Below, piece after piece: positions 10,394 through 20,481 of a stretch of DNA of 64,000 bases. The position numbers and the translations under genes are program-made. The stretch lies in NCBI GenBank assembly GCA_000146465.1, contig CP001948.1; one strand, given 5' to 3'. How positions within the stretch are numbered: the first letter of the stretch is position 1; each line of letters begins with the position of its first letter. The notes below the pieces were generated by a model, which did not search any database, had not been told where the DNA came from, and worked only from the letters and a program-made list of their open reading frames with translations.

Positions 10394-11521
10394 TTAAATG
10401 ATAAAAAGAACCTTCTCCTTTAGTATCCGCAACCCAGTACTATTCCACTCTTTATCTGTCATCCACATCTCCTTGATGCAGTCCAGCCCTGAAAACACTC
10501 CCATAACATTCATTATCATATCTTCGGCTGAGTCCGGATACATACAAACCTCAGGATAAATCCCACACTCCTCGAAGACCTTTTTTAGAGATGTCTCTGA
10601 CAACAGAGTTCCCCCATGGTTAAACACTATCACCTTACCTCCTATCTTCTTCATCTTTTCCTTACTAAGGACATGGTTTATTCTCTTGCCTATAATCTCA
10701 TAGATGTCTCCCTTTTCATCATACATCTTTAAATGCATCTTGAAGTGCTCCTGAGGATCTACATCTGGATGGCATTCGTTCTCCTTCTGGTGCTGTTGCT
10801 GAAAGTGTGTTTCCATCTTCTCCTCGGTCTCGTCCTTGTAATCACATTTCCCACAAGAAAAGATATTTTTCTCCTCAAACACCTTGATCTTGTTGAACTC
10901 GTCGACAAAGTCTATAGAGTCGGCAAGCTCAAATCCCTTGTTGCTTTCTTTAGATACACAGATCCCATCCAGCATCCAGAAGTCTTCCACAAGACACACC
11001 GTCGTGTAGTTTTCATAGACATTCACCACAACACAGTTTGGTGAAAGAGTTCCGATCGCTTGGGAAAGACTCCGTGGCGTGATCAGAATCCCCTTGAATG
11101 ACAGGACATTAATGAAGAGGTTGCACATCGCCAATATCTCGGTCCTGCCCAGAAGATCTTGGAATATAAGAGAAACAAATGAGTTCTTCGGTTTTATCCC
11201 AAGTTTATGAAGTGCTCCAGAAACCTGGTTCCCCAGCCATCCAATGCATTCCTCAAGATTCCTAAATCTCCTCGTATTCATTCCCGTCGGAAAAAAGAAA
11301 TCCCCCAGATCAATGGACTCCGACTCCACAAGAAGCTTGTTGTTCCAAACCACAATGTGGATTATCTCCTCATCTGCCTTGTAGTTTCCCATTCTATACT
11401 TTTCGTCAACATAGAACGAGACATCGCTTCTCATAAAGAAGCTTTGTATGTTTTTGTTCGGCGTAGTTATTTGCTCAATCTTTGGAACTGTGCACAGTTT
11501 CGGGGTGTATTTAAGCGCCAT
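10394..11521 (-). CDS. Divergent actin-related protein (Arp family)
   Basis: Segments MCNLFINVLSFKGILITPRSLSQAIGTL...VVVNVYENYTTVCLVEDFWML resemble the actin core ETFN.PA.Y...LSLYASGRTTG.V.D.GDG...P.YEGY. The match is weak elsewhere. Confidence 0.4.
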   Translation of the reverse strand: MALKYTPKLCTVPKIEQITTPNKNIQSFFMRSDVSFYVDEKYRMGNYKADEEIIHIVVWNNKLLVESESIDLGDFFFPTGMNTRRFRNLEECIGWLGNQVSGALHKLGIKPKNSFVSLIFQDLLGRTEILAMCNLFINVLSFKGILITPRSLSQAIGTLSPNCVVVNVYENYTTVCLVEDFWMLDGICVSKESNKGFELADSIDFVDEFNKIKVFEEKNIFSCGKCDYKDETEEKMETHFQQQHQKENECHPDVDPQEHFKMHLKMYDEKGDIYEIIGKRINHVLSKEKMKKIGGKVIVFNHGGTLLSETSLKKVFEECGIYPEVCMYPDSAEDMIMNVMGVFSGLDCIKEMWMTDKEWNSTGLRILKEKVLFII

Positions 11522-11557
11522 GGGCTTGGGATTTGATATCTAAATGAACAGTCTTCC

Positions 11558-12199
11558 ATGCCCATGACCTCGAAATATTCTGGAGTCAGTTTAGAGAGTG
11601 ATGAAGAGGAAAAGATTCATCCCAACATAGACGAGAAGAGTTATAAGGAATGGAAAAGAAGACAGAGAGAGCTGAAGAGAAAGGAGCTGGAAAGGAGGCT
11701 TGAAGAGATCAACTCGGTTGAATTTCCGAGTAAAGAGCTGGCCGAAGAGAGAGAGGAGATAGAGAAGATTTTGAAGCCATCCTATGTATGCCTTGGCACC
11801 GAGTCGTTCCGGACCCCCTCTTCAAATGAAGAAAAGGACTATATCCAGGAGTTGAGCCACCTTATAGTTCACAACGAGTTGGACAATTTTATTGAGCTGA
11901 TGGACCAGTGTAAAATTGACATGGAAGAGTTCGAGGTTGTTGTCCTTCACAATCTAGCAGAGCAAATCAAGGAAGGAAACGATGCAGGCGGGCTTATACT
12001 TTCGAAGATATCCTTGTATGTCAAGTATGCCTTGTCGCATGGAAAGGAATTTCTCTTGAAGCTACGTGCCCAACTTACAAACAAAGAAAGGCGAAGGCAA
12101 TTTGAGGAAGACTGTAGAAAGGACTTTGAAGAAACAAGACGAATGTTCTTGGAGCAGTTTGGCACATTGGACTCTACCTGTAGCCAGACTCCTAAATAG
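11558..12199 (+). CDS. CDC37: Hsp90 co-chaperone Cdc37
   Basis: N-terminus SDEEEKIHPNIDEKSYKEWKRR matches the conserved Cdc37 start (...[22 protein letters not shown]), followed by a basic coiled coil. Confidence 0.65.
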   Translation: MPMTSKYSGVSLESDEEEKIHPNIDEKSYKEWKRRQRELKRKELERRLEEINSVEFPSKELAEEREEIEKILKPSYVCLGTESFRTPSSNEEKDYIQELSHLIVHNELDNFIELMDQCKIDMEEFEVVVLHNLAEQIKEGNDAGGLILSKISLYVKYALSHGKEFLLKLRAQLTNKERRRQFEEDCRKDFEETRRMFLEQFGTLDSTCSQTPK

Positions 12200-12226
12200 G
12201 GGTGCTAGGGACCTAGAACGAATCTT

Positions 12227-12655
12227 TTATTTTGTGTTTGTCTTTAAAGCTGCAAACGGCTTATATAAAAACTCATAACAGCAGGAGATGACAAAGAAGA
12301 CATAAAGCAGCCATGACTTACTGGAGTAGAGCAGAAGCAGCTTCACAACCATCGAAATAAACAGGAAATCAAATGCAACACTGACATGGCCCTTTCCGTT
12401 AAGAGATGCCCCGGGGCTCACCAGAGTTGTTGTCTTTCCGTCGTGAGAAATAACAGGCGTTGAGATTCTATAGAGATAATAAACAGCAAGTGCCTCGGGA
12501 ATGGATCTAACAAGATATACCAGGATGTTTTTCTCTTTGTTCATCAAATACACTGCAAGCGCACATATGTTGTACAGAGCTATGCTTCTTAATATCAACT
12601 TCCTTGTGGTTTTGTTTTTTTCAAAAACTCGAATCTGAGACTTACTTCCTCTCAT
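12227..12655 (-). CDS. Hypothetical small membrane protein
   Basis: 142-aa ORF with 3-4 hydrophobic segments. Confidence 0.3.
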   Translation of the reverse strand: MRGSKSQIRVFEKNKTTRKLILRSIALYNICALAVYLMNKEKNILVYLVRSIPEALAVYYLYRISTPVISHDGKTTTLVSPGASLNGKGHVSVAFDFLFISMVVKLLLLYSSKSWLLYVFFVISCCYEFLYKPFAALKTNTK

Positions 12656-12758
12656 CTTTGTAGGGCAGAAATAGTAAAAAATATTGATTTCCAGAGCATT
12701 TGTTTAATTCCATTTCCCAAGATAAAAATAGCCTTCCCAGAAGAGGAAAGCTTACATG

Positions 12759-13061
12759 CTATCCCCCTACTTGTGATGTTACCACTTCGAGTTCTTCATT
12801 GCCCTCAAAGCCGAGGTCGCCTGGGGTTTTCCCAGGATCGATATTCTTTCCATTAAACAATAGACGGAACTCCGAGCTGTTCTTCCCGACATTGGAAGAA
12901 AAGGCATCGAGTATCTTCTTGAATGTTGTAGCCGGCTTGACATTGAACACAAGCATTGTACCATCCTGGTCAATAAGCTTCAGCGGCATCTTTTCTGAGG
13001 AAGTTATTTGCGGGATATTCTCTTTGGTCTTGGATTCATTTCCAGAATCCGGCGATCCCAT
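12759..13061 (-). CDS. SMT3: SUMO (Smt3)
   Basis: Ubiquitin-like fold ending in a di-glycine (…TSQVGG-stop). LKLIDQDGTMLVFNVKPATTFKKILDAFSSNVGK...LLFNGKNIDPGKTPGDLGFEGNEELEV matches the SUMO consensus. Start taken at the internal M (MGSPDSG); the track ORF abuts the upstream gene's stop. Confidence 0.75.
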   Translation of the reverse strand: MGSPDSGNESKTKENIPQITSSEKMPLKLIDQDGTMLVFNVKPATTFKKILDAFSSNVGKNSSEFRLLFNGKNIDPGKTPGDLGFEGNEELEVVTSQVGG

Positions 13062-13103
13062 GGGGTTTCCATCCCACTTGTTTTTGGCCCTGTTTCCTCC
13101 CAA

Positions 13104-13826
13104 TTATCCCTCTTCCCTATCTTCCATCTTTTTTTTCTGGTTTCTTGGCTCCTGAAGCCTGTAGAGTGTGGAAGCTTCGCTGTAGTATGCATTGCCATCT
13201 CTTATGCAGAGAACCAGGAGATTGTCTATCTTTTGTGGTGAGCATGTGAAGACTCGTCCGTCGGACATACAGGCTTTCTTGAACAGCTGGGAAGACCCTT
13301 CTTCTAGAATGGTAAAAGAATCTTTTTGGAAGTCTATCCCGTCCGACTGGATAATGACACTCTCATCTTCCGTCGACGGAAAGAGACTGTAAACCTCTTC
13401 GGCCTTGATGTTCTCGTCTGTAGGGTGAACTATTGTGTTTACATCCTCGAAGGACTCTTGGATATATTTTTGATAGTCGAAGATCTTACTCATGCTTTTC
13501 TTTATCCTTTCTCTCTCCAGAGCCTCGCCTCTTCTTTCCAGCCCACTGGAAGCTCCAAGTCGATGCCCAGGCTTTCCCGTACTTGAGGCCTCCCTTTCGA
13601 TATAGTCCATGACCATTTCTACGAAGTCTATGTCCAAGGCTTCAAGAAGATCTGTATGTAGCCGCCTTGGCACAATCTTCTCAAGGGACCCGTCAAATGA
13701 GGTGAAGTCTCTTTTTATCTGAGGCTCAATGTAGCACATCCCAGGTGTTGGTGCGGGAGGTGCATTTGCCCAGCATATGCTCTCTTCAAGCTCACGGAAG
13801 GCTTTTTCTGGATCCATCTTGGGCAT
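13104..13826 (-). CDS. Hypothetical protein, 240 aa
   Basis: ORF with no recognised motif. Its stop is immediately adjacent to the SUMO ORF. Confidence 0.4.
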   Translation of the reverse strand: MPKMDPEKAFRELEESICWANAPPAPTPGMCYIEPQIKRDFTSFDGSLEKIVPRRLHTDLLEALDIDFVEMVMDYIEREASSTGKPGHRLGASSGLERRGEALERERIKKSMSKIFDYQKYIQESFEDVNTIVHPTDENIKAEEVYSLFPSTEDESVIIQSDGIDFQKDSFTILEEGSSQLFKKACMSDGRVFTCSPQKIDNLLVLCIRDGNAYYSEASTLYRLQEPRNQKKKMEDREEG

Positions 13827-14074
13827 TGGGTTGAGAATTTTTCTAGGGTTGATTAAGGCCTTGGCAGCTTTGCCGGCGAAGAAATAAACTTTAAAATCAA
13901 GTGGTCGGGTGCTGGAGAGTAGTCTGAATCCTGTTACAGCACAAACAGCTGCCTTTCGAGTTGGACTATTGGAGTCTAAGACATCGTCCAGTTTCCAAAC
14001 TCCTTCTAGTCATTCCGTTCCGGTCATAGAAGAAGTGAACTTTTCTGTTATGAACGATTTCTGGCATTAACCAG

Positions 14075-17000
14075 ATGCCCTTTCGGCAATGTGTCTCATC
14101 TCAGACCTTCCCAAGGGCAGAGCCCCTAATCGAAAGCTTCCAGCCGCCGACAGGGGTAGGAGAAGAAAAATTTATGAATGGCAGAAAGGCCCTTTTGATG
14201 AATCTAAGGCTAGAATCGATAACAATCCACAACTTCAAAAGCTACAAAGGGACCCATGTGATCCAAGGCCTGGATCCAAGGTTCACGGCGGTAGTTGGGG
14301 CAAATGGCTCGGGGAAGAGCAACATAATAGACAGCATTCTTTTTGTGCTTGGGTTCCGAGCCCGAAGGATGCGTCATTCGTCGATGGCAGGCTTGATCTA
14401 TAGTGGAGACGGAAACCAAGACATGTGTTATGTAGAGCTAGGATTCAACAAGTTCCAAATAAGGAGAGAGGTTTCCTTGGCAGGAAGGACTAGGTATTTT
14501 GTGGATGGAGAAGAGGTACCTTGTACTATGGTGGAGTCTTTGCTCAAGAGCGAGGGTGTTGATATGGAGCACAATAGGTTTTTGATACTACAAGGAGAGA
14601 TCGAGAATATTGCTATGATCAAGCCCATGGATGGTGGTTTGCTGGAATATCTTGAGGATGTAATTGGGACTGGAGAATACAAGGCAGAGATTGAAAAGGA
14701 AGAAAGTGAGCTCCGAAGGGTCTCTGAGGAATGTGAAAGCAAGTCGGCAGCACTGAAGTTCTATGAGAAGGAATACAAACATATTGAAAGAAAGCAGGAG
14801 GAGTGTCTGAGGACAGCCAAAAGAAGAGCTGAATGCCTGTGTCTGGATCGGGATTTACATCTTCTCTTTTCAGAAAGAGGGAAAAAGAAGCTAGAAGGGC
14901 TTCTGTTGGAAAAAAAGAAGATTGAAGAAGATCTTCAGGTCCTTGAAAAGAAGAATAAAGAGAATGGAGGCAAGCTTGAGGTACTGGAAGGGAAAGGAGC
15001 AAATGCAAGAGTTTCGGCTCGAGAAGCCGAGGAGAGGTTTTTGAAGGCGAGAAAAGAATACCAGAGAGCAGAAAGACGAAATAAAATGATGGAAGAGGAC
15101 CTGGAGAGGGAGTCAAAGCGTATTGAGGAGTTATCTCGTGAGATTTCTGAAATCAGGTGTCTGGAAGATAAAAGGCAAAAGGAGGGGCTTAAATGGACAG
15201 AGGAAATTAATCGAAATGTGGAAGAGATCTCTAGATGTAGTGAATTAAGCGAGAAGCTCCGAAGTGAAATTGGAGAAGGACAGAGAAGGATTGAGAAGGA
15301 GGCCAGAAAGAGTATTGAAGAGATTTACAGAGAAGAAGAGCGGATGATGAAGCTTCTCAAGAGGAAAGGAGAGATTGGAGAGAAACAACGAGAATCGGAA
15401 TCTCGATTAGGAATTCTGATGTCGAGGAAGGAGGAGATTTTGAGAAGGGTTGGGGACATCGATGGCAGGCTATCGAAAATGGATGAAGGAAAAATAGAAA
15501 TGGGAAGGTCTGAGGAGGAAATTAGCAGGGAGATTGAAGAGATTGAGAGGGATCTGGCGAAGACAAGAAAGGAAATGAGTAGAAGAATGCAAAGGGCTGA
15601 AGAGCACAGAGAAAACGAGGAGACAAGTTGGAAGGAGAGAGAGATTCTAAGAAGTATTGAGCATGTGAAAGGAGTCTATGGAAGGCTAAGTGATCTTGGG
15701 TCTGTGGAGTCCCAATATGATAGGGCATTCAGGATTGCAGGAAAGGGATTGAACAGCATAGTTGTTGATACAACATGCACTGCAGAAGAGTGTATTTCCA
15801 TAATAAAAAGTCTGGGACTTGGGAGAGCTACATTTATAATATTGGACAGGATTTCCTCGGAGCCTAGCCTTCCTAAGGAGTCTGTGCCTTATCTGTACAA
15901 TCTTGTCAAGTGCCCAAAGGAGTTCCGAAAGTGCTTTTATTTTGCTCTGAAAGACACACTTGTATGCGAAGGATTGGAAGTGGCCGAGAGGCTTGCATTT
16001 GGAAAGACAAGAAAAAGGGTTGTGACGATTGATGGAAAGCTTATTGAGAAGAGTGGAGTCATGAGTGGAGGAAAAGGGAACGGAAGGATAAAAAGCATTG
16101 AAGAGCTTGAGAAGGCGTGCTTGAAGATGATGGAGCTGAAGAAGAAGAAAGTTTCGGAGATGGATATGGTTAGAGACTTGAAGGAAAGAGGAGCCCTATG
16201 GAAGACCCGAGAAAGACTTGCTTCGGACTTAGAGGAAGTGTGCCGGGAGATTGGGAGAGTAGAGAAGAGGATCAATCGAAAAGAGATAGAGGATATTGAA
16301 GTAGAGATTGAGAAGATTAAGAAAAAAGTGTCTTCTCTCCGAGAGGGAATTGAGAGTCTTACCGACATGGAGACCCGTAGGAAGAAAGAAAACCTTCGAA
16401 ATCTTAACGAGAGGATTGAGGTGTTTGAAAAGAGAAACCTTGAACTGAGACTGCATCTTGAAAGCAGTGGATCAGGGGAGCTTCGAGAAAAAGAGCTGGA
16501 GGTTGAAAGAAGAAAAAAAGACTTTGAAAGAATCAGCATCGAAGATATTTCAGGAATGAAGAGCAAGATGATTGAATGTGAAAGGGAATATAAAGAATGT
16601 GCAGAAAGGTTGAGGGGGATATTGAAGGAGATTGCAAACGTGAAAGCCTCTCTTGGAAACGACTACCATATGGAAATTGACCTGAAGAACAGGTTGGATG
16701 ATGCTTGCGATAAGATTGAGGAGTGGACACAGAGGATTAAGGAGAGCGAGACAAAAATAGCTTCTCTTGAGGAAGAATCCAAGAAGTATATGAGGATATG
16801 CAGGCTTGAAATCCATAGTACAGTCAAGGTTGAGGAAATGAACGAAGAGGAAATTGATCGGACAATAGGAAGGATCGGTGGCACGGTGGCAAGACTTAAA
16901 GGCGAAGAGATTGGAGAGATTGATCTAGATGTGTTTGAAGATTGTGAGAGGGCAAGGGTGGAATACGAGAAGGCAAAGGGGGAACATGGATGGTTTGAAT

Positions 17001-17515
17001 CTCGGCAGAAGGAGATCAAGGAGTCACTTGAGTATCTGAAAAAGAAGAGGTACGACGAGTTTATGAAAGGATTTACTCAAGTATCTGAAAACCTTAAGGA
17101 GATTTATAAGTCGATTACACATGGGGGAAACGCAGAATTGGAATTAGTTGACCATCTTGATCCGTTTAGCGAGGGGGTGGTTTTGAGTGTAATGCCACCT
17201 AAGAAGAGCTGGAAGAACATTGGGAATCTGAGTGGAGGGGAAAAGACACTCAGTAGCCTTGCACTTATTTTTGCACTCCATAAATTCAGGCCATCCCCGT
17301 TCTATGTTATGGATGAGATAGATGCGGCTTTGGACTACAGAAATGTAGGAGTGATATCCCACTTCATCAAGGAGATGTCCAGGACAGCCCAGTTTCTTGT
17401 GATAAGTCTGCGAAGTGACATGTTCGAGCTCAGCGAAACCCTCCTTGGAGTGTATAAGGCAAACAATGCTTCTCAATCTCTGATTGTAAACATAGGCAAG
17501 CTTGCAGGCCAATAA
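14075..17515 (+). CDS. SMC4: SMC family ATPase, SMC4-like (condensin)
   Basis: N-terminal ITIHNFKSYKG...AVVGANGSGKSNIIDSILFVLGFRARRMR, hinge GVYGRLSDLGSV...AGKGLNSIVVDT, C-terminal LSGGEKTLSSLALIFALH and the D-loop MDEIDAALD. The FRARRMR element after Walker A resembles the SMC4 YRAxKIR element. Confidence 0.85.
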   Translation: MPFRQCVSSQTFPRAEPLIESFQPPTGVGEEKFMNGRKALLMNLRLESITIHNFKSYKGTHVIQGLDPRFTAVVGANGSGKSNIIDSILFVLGFRARRMRHSSMAGLIYSGDGNQDMCYVELGFNKFQIRREVSLAGRTRYFVDGEEVPCTMVESLLKSEGVDMEHNRFLILQGEIENIAMIKPMDGGLLEYLEDVIGTGEYKAEIEKEESELRRVSEECESKSAALKFYEKEYKHIERKQEECLRTAKRRAECLCLDRDLHLLFSERGKKKLEGLLLEKKKIEEDLQVLEKKNKENGGKLEVLEGKGANARVSAREAEERFLKARKEYQRAERRNKMMEEDLERESKRIEELSREISEIRCLEDKRQKEGLKWTEEINRNVEEISRCSELSEKLRSEIGEGQRRIEKEARKSIEEIYREEERMMKLLKRKGEIGEKQRESESRLGILMSRKEEILRRVGDIDGRLSKMDEGKIEMGRSEEEISREIEEIERDLAKTRKEMSRRMQRAEEHRENEETSWKEREILRSIEHVKGVYGRLSDLGSVESQYDRAFRIAGKGLNSIVVDTTCTAEECISIIKSLGLGRATFIILDRISSEPSLPKESVPYLYNLVKCPKEFRKCFYFALKDTLVCEGLEVAERLAFGKTRKRVVTIDGKLIEKSGVMSGGKGNGRIKSIEELEKACLKMMELKKKKVSEMDMVRDLKERGALWKTRERLASDLEEVCREIGRVEKRINRKEIEDIEVEIEKIKKKVSSLREGIESLTDMETRRKKENLRNLNERIEVFEKRNLELRLHLESSGSGELREKELEVERRKKDFERISIEDISGMKSKMIECEREYKECAERLRGILKEIANVKASLGNDYHMEIDLKNRLDDACDKIEEWTQRIKESETKIASLEEESKKYMRICRLEIHSTVKVEEMNEEEIDRTIGRIGGTVARLKGEEIGEIDLDVFEDCERARVEYEKAKGEHGWFESRQKEIKESLEYLKKKRYDEFMKGFTQVSENLKEIYKSITHGGNAELELVDHLDPFSEGVVLSVMPPKKSWKNIGNLSGGEKTLSSLALIFALHKFRPSPFYVMDEIDAALDYRNVGVISHFIKEMSRTAQFLVISLRSDMFELSETLLGVYKANNASQSLIVNIGKLAGQ

Positions 17516-17559
17516 AGATCTTCTTTTCTTGGAATTCTTGTCTGTCCCTTTTCCCCTGG

Positions 17560-18609
17560 ATGAAGAGGTATCAAGAGCCATTTCTGCACTTCATAAAAGA
17601 CGGCTTTCTGGCTCCAAAGGATCTAGAGAATATACGAAATATACATGGGAAATGTGCGTTTAGAGAGATATACACAGACCTGTTCAGATTCCTGCAGACT
17701 GCCGAGTTGAGAGAGAGGAAGGATCTTCAGTTTTTCAGAGACTCTCTGATGAGGGCTTTTGAAGAGATTGGGGATGTAAAGGGAGGATGGATAGACCTTT
17801 TTGGGTCGTATTACCGAAAGGGAGACTACCTCCTATGCCATGATGACAGAACAGAAAGCCGGAAGTTTGCCTTCAGTTACTACTTGGAAGATCACAGTTC
17901 CGGAGAGCTCATCCTCTATGAAAATGATGGGATGAGTGTTTCGAAGAAGGTAGAGGTAAAGTCAAACAGACTAGTGATATTTGAGGTATCTGATGTATCT
18001 TTCCATGAGGTTGGATACTGTAGCAAAGATGGAAGAAGAGCATTTACTGGATGGCTAAACTTCGAGTATATCAAGCATAACGACCATAGCGAATGTGTGA
18101 ATATGGAGAGTCCGAATGTATGTGGTACGTTTCCGATGGAGATTGACTTCAATGAAAGCCCCCTTGTATTCTATCCTGGCGTGGAGTATGACTTTGAGCA
18201 CACCTCTGGAAGTGTCGAAGGTCCCTTTTGCTTCAGAAGAGTGAAGAGGATAGAGGTTAAAAGCCCATTAGCCCCATGTTTGGATGGATGGGAACTTAAG
18301 GGAGGAGGCTTCTACCACTTCAGGGTCGGAGACTATATACTTCTGAACGATGGATGCAATGCATTTGAAGGAGACGTGTGTGATGTGTTCTTCATAGGAG
18401 GTGATGAACATGTCTTTGAAGACAGGCCAAACATATTTGAAGATTCAAAAAACCCAATCAAATATCTAGATGAAGAAGGGAGGTTTGTGTTCGGCCTTCC
18501 GATAGCTAAGGGGATGTTTGCTATCAAGCGGAACGGCCTTTCTTTGTTTGTAGAAAGGTCTGGGACCGAGTTCTTTATGGGACACTTTATTTATGTTTCC
18601 AAAAATTGA
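17560..18609 (+). CDS. 2-oxoglutarate/Fe(II)-dependent oxygenase, Tpa1/Ofd1/OGFOD1-like (ribosomal prolyl hydroxylase family)
   Basis: H-x-D...H facial triad in CHDD...FHEV, a double-stranded beta-helix N-domain and an Ofd1-like C-terminal domain. A CCC-rich tract lies just upstream of the ATG. Confidence 0.6.
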   Translation: MKRYQEPFLHFIKDGFLAPKDLENIRNIHGKCAFREIYTDLFRFLQTAELRERKDLQFFRDSLMRAFEEIGDVKGGWIDLFGSYYRKGDYLLCHDDRTESRKFAFSYYLEDHSSGELILYENDGMSVSKKVEVKSNRLVIFEVSDVSFHEVGYCSKDGRRAFTGWLNFEYIKHNDHSECVNMESPNVCGTFPMEIDFNESPLVFYPGVEYDFEHTSGSVEGPFCFRRVKRIEVKSPLAPCLDGWELKGGGFYHFRVGDYILLNDGCNAFEGDVCDVFFIGGDEHVFEDRPNIFEDSKNPIKYLDEEGRFVFGLPIAKGMFAIKRNGLSLFVERSGTEFFMGHFIYVSKN

Positions 18610-18643
18610 AATAAAGGCACCGGAGTTTCTAATACAACCATAT

Positions 18644-19240
18644 TTATTTTTCATTCTTTACTTTCTTACTCCCGTGGTATTCCCACAGAGGAACAAAGCT
18701 CTCAAAGAAGCCCACGTCTTCAAACAGATTTGGGAACAGCCAGATCCCGGGAGAATACAGAAAGTATGTTATCGAGAACAGGATCAGCCTTATTATTGCC
18801 AGAACAATTATGAATGTGATGAATCCTCCCAGAGGGTAGACCATATATGAGAACAGACGCTGCTGGAGGTTTCTTGGCCACATTCGGAAGAGAACGATTG
18901 TAAATGTCATCAGGACAAACACCACACAGAGGATAAGAGAAATGTTAGATGTCTTTTCATTTGCAAAGACATAATATTGGTCCTCTTGAAACTTCTGATC
19001 AAGTACCACATCGCATTCCCTTGCATTTTTCTTGTTAATGGACACCTTGAATAGGACACTTTCGTTTAGAAGCTCCTGCATAACAGACTTCGCCTTCAAG
19101 GGCTCCAGCCCCTTTTTTGCCAGAAGAGCAAGGCCACTACTTCCCTTGAACGTCCCCACTCTCCTTCTATATCTCAGTGTTTTCTCCTCTGTTCCAACCT
19201 GTCTCAGAATGGCCTCGTACTTTTTTAATTCTTCCACCAT
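18644..19240 (-). CDS. SEC62: Translocation protein Sec62
   Basis: Basic N-terminus, two adjacent TM helices and the conserved GIWLFPNLF motif following them. Confidence 0.5.
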   Translation of the reverse strand: MVEELKKYEAILRQVGTEEKTLRYRRRVGTFKGSSGLALLAKKGLEPLKAKSVMQELLNESVLFKVSINKKNARECDVVLDQKFQEDQYYVFANEKTSNISLILCVVFVLMTFTIVLFRMWPRNLQQRLFSYMVYPLGGFITFIIVLAIIRLILFSITYFLYSPGIWLFPNLFEDVGFFESFVPLWEYHGSKKVKNEK

Positions 19241-19819
19241 TTGTTTGGGATCAAATTTTCGGCTTTTTTGTCTCTGGCTTATATCTGTAACTTACCCTCA
19301 ACTGGAATGAGACTCAAGGCCTTGATAAAAAAGAGGACAAACGATCTTCTAGTTGCCTTGAGAAGTCTTAGAGGAAAGATATGCAGTGAAGACGTTCTTA
19401 GACAAGTTCTGGGCAATATCCATAAAAGCTATATCCGCCTTGAGGTGCTACTAAATAAGCCAGGACTTTCACATCAGGAGCCTGTGGAAGTTGATTCCAC
19501 AAATGGAGTCGTAAGGTATAAAACAGGGAACCTTGAATTTCTGTATCATGAGGAACATGGGGTTATCTCTGTAAGCACAGGCGACACGGGGATAAATAAT
19601 TACCTCCTCTGTTTGATAAGAGGCAAACCGGTCGACACACACTTAGAAACTGCTTCGGCAATGCTTGGGATGTATGCAGGAAATGAAAGAGCATTGTGTG
19701 ATGTGTGTGGAAATTATGCAACTGTTCCAGGGCTCTTGACACCGATATGCCGGTCTCCTGAAGAAGACTTCGTACTTGTACACCACGCCCAATGCAAAGT
19801 GGAATCTCTGGAGAAATAA
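19241..19819 (+). CDS. Hypothetical protein, 192 aa
   Basis: ORF that overlaps the next same-strand ORF by 28 nt in another frame. Confidence 0.3.
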   Translation: MFGIKFSAFLSLAYICNLPSTGMRLKALIKKRTNDLLVALRSLRGKICSEDVLRQVLGNIHKSYIRLEVLLNKPGLSHQEPVEVDSTNGVVRYKTGNLEFLYHEEHGVISVSTGDTGINNYLLCLIRGKPVDTHLETASAMLGMYAGNERALCDVCGNYATVPGLLTPICRSPEEDFVLVHHAQCKVESLEK

Positions 19820-20373
19820 TATTTGAACGCCTGCAACAAATTTTGCACAATCCCCTTAGGATGATTGAATGCTCCGTATTCGGATATTTGATGGAGGTCG
19901 ATTGTATCTGCAACCATCTGAAGTTGCATAAAAGAACAGACAAAACTGTTAGTGAAGCCGTTTATTCTAATGGGACAAATGTGTTGCTTGTGTCTAAGGA
20001 GGATGATGGTATTTACCTGTCAAGCAGAGGGCCACCCGACAGAAACAAGAACAGAATGTCGTTCTGCTCAAGAGTACAGAAGTCAAGGATTAGGACATTA
20101 GACACTTTGAAGGAGTTTCTATCTTCGTTTGGCTTTGAGCTGGTGAGGGAAGGGCAAGTTGAACTAACCACCTTTGAGAAAGGAGCAGGGCGCATTGAAA
20201 TATCCAGGTCCATCTCTGATGAGGGCAACAGCCAGGAAGTAGACACCGGCAGATATTGGCTAGTCAAGGTATTTGTAACTTCAGAAAACACACAGAACGG
20301 AGAAAGAATGTTAAGCAGGTTAATCGAGGAGCTGGAAGACCAAGTCCAACTCATCAAACCCTCAATAAAGTGA
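19792..20373 (+). CDS. Hypothetical protein, 193 aa
   Basis: ORF with no recognised motif. Confidence 0.35.
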   Translation: MQSGISGEIIFERLQQILHNPLRMIECSVFGYLMEVDCICNHLKLHKRTDKTVSEAVYSNGTNVLLVSKEDDGIYLSSRGPPDRNKNRMSFCSRVQKSRIRTLDTLKEFLSSFGFELVREGQVELTTFEKGAGRIEISRSISDEGNSQEVDTGRYWLVKVFVTSENTQNGERMLSRLIEELEDQVQLIKPSIK

Positions 20374-20481
20374 TTTCGGCAGTCTCAATAATATGTATTT
20401 CTGCTCCTTTCCACCTCTCCAATGATTTTATTGGAGGCCCTGATCAAAACCCCTTAAGCCAGTGAAAAGAACCCTCCCTAG

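Noticed and set aside
14428-17019. Minus-strand ORFs (14619-15116, 15937-16566, 16663-17019) within the SMC gene
   Set aside because: They are antisense shadows of the purine-rich SMC coiled-coil coding sequence, with S/P/F low-complexity products.
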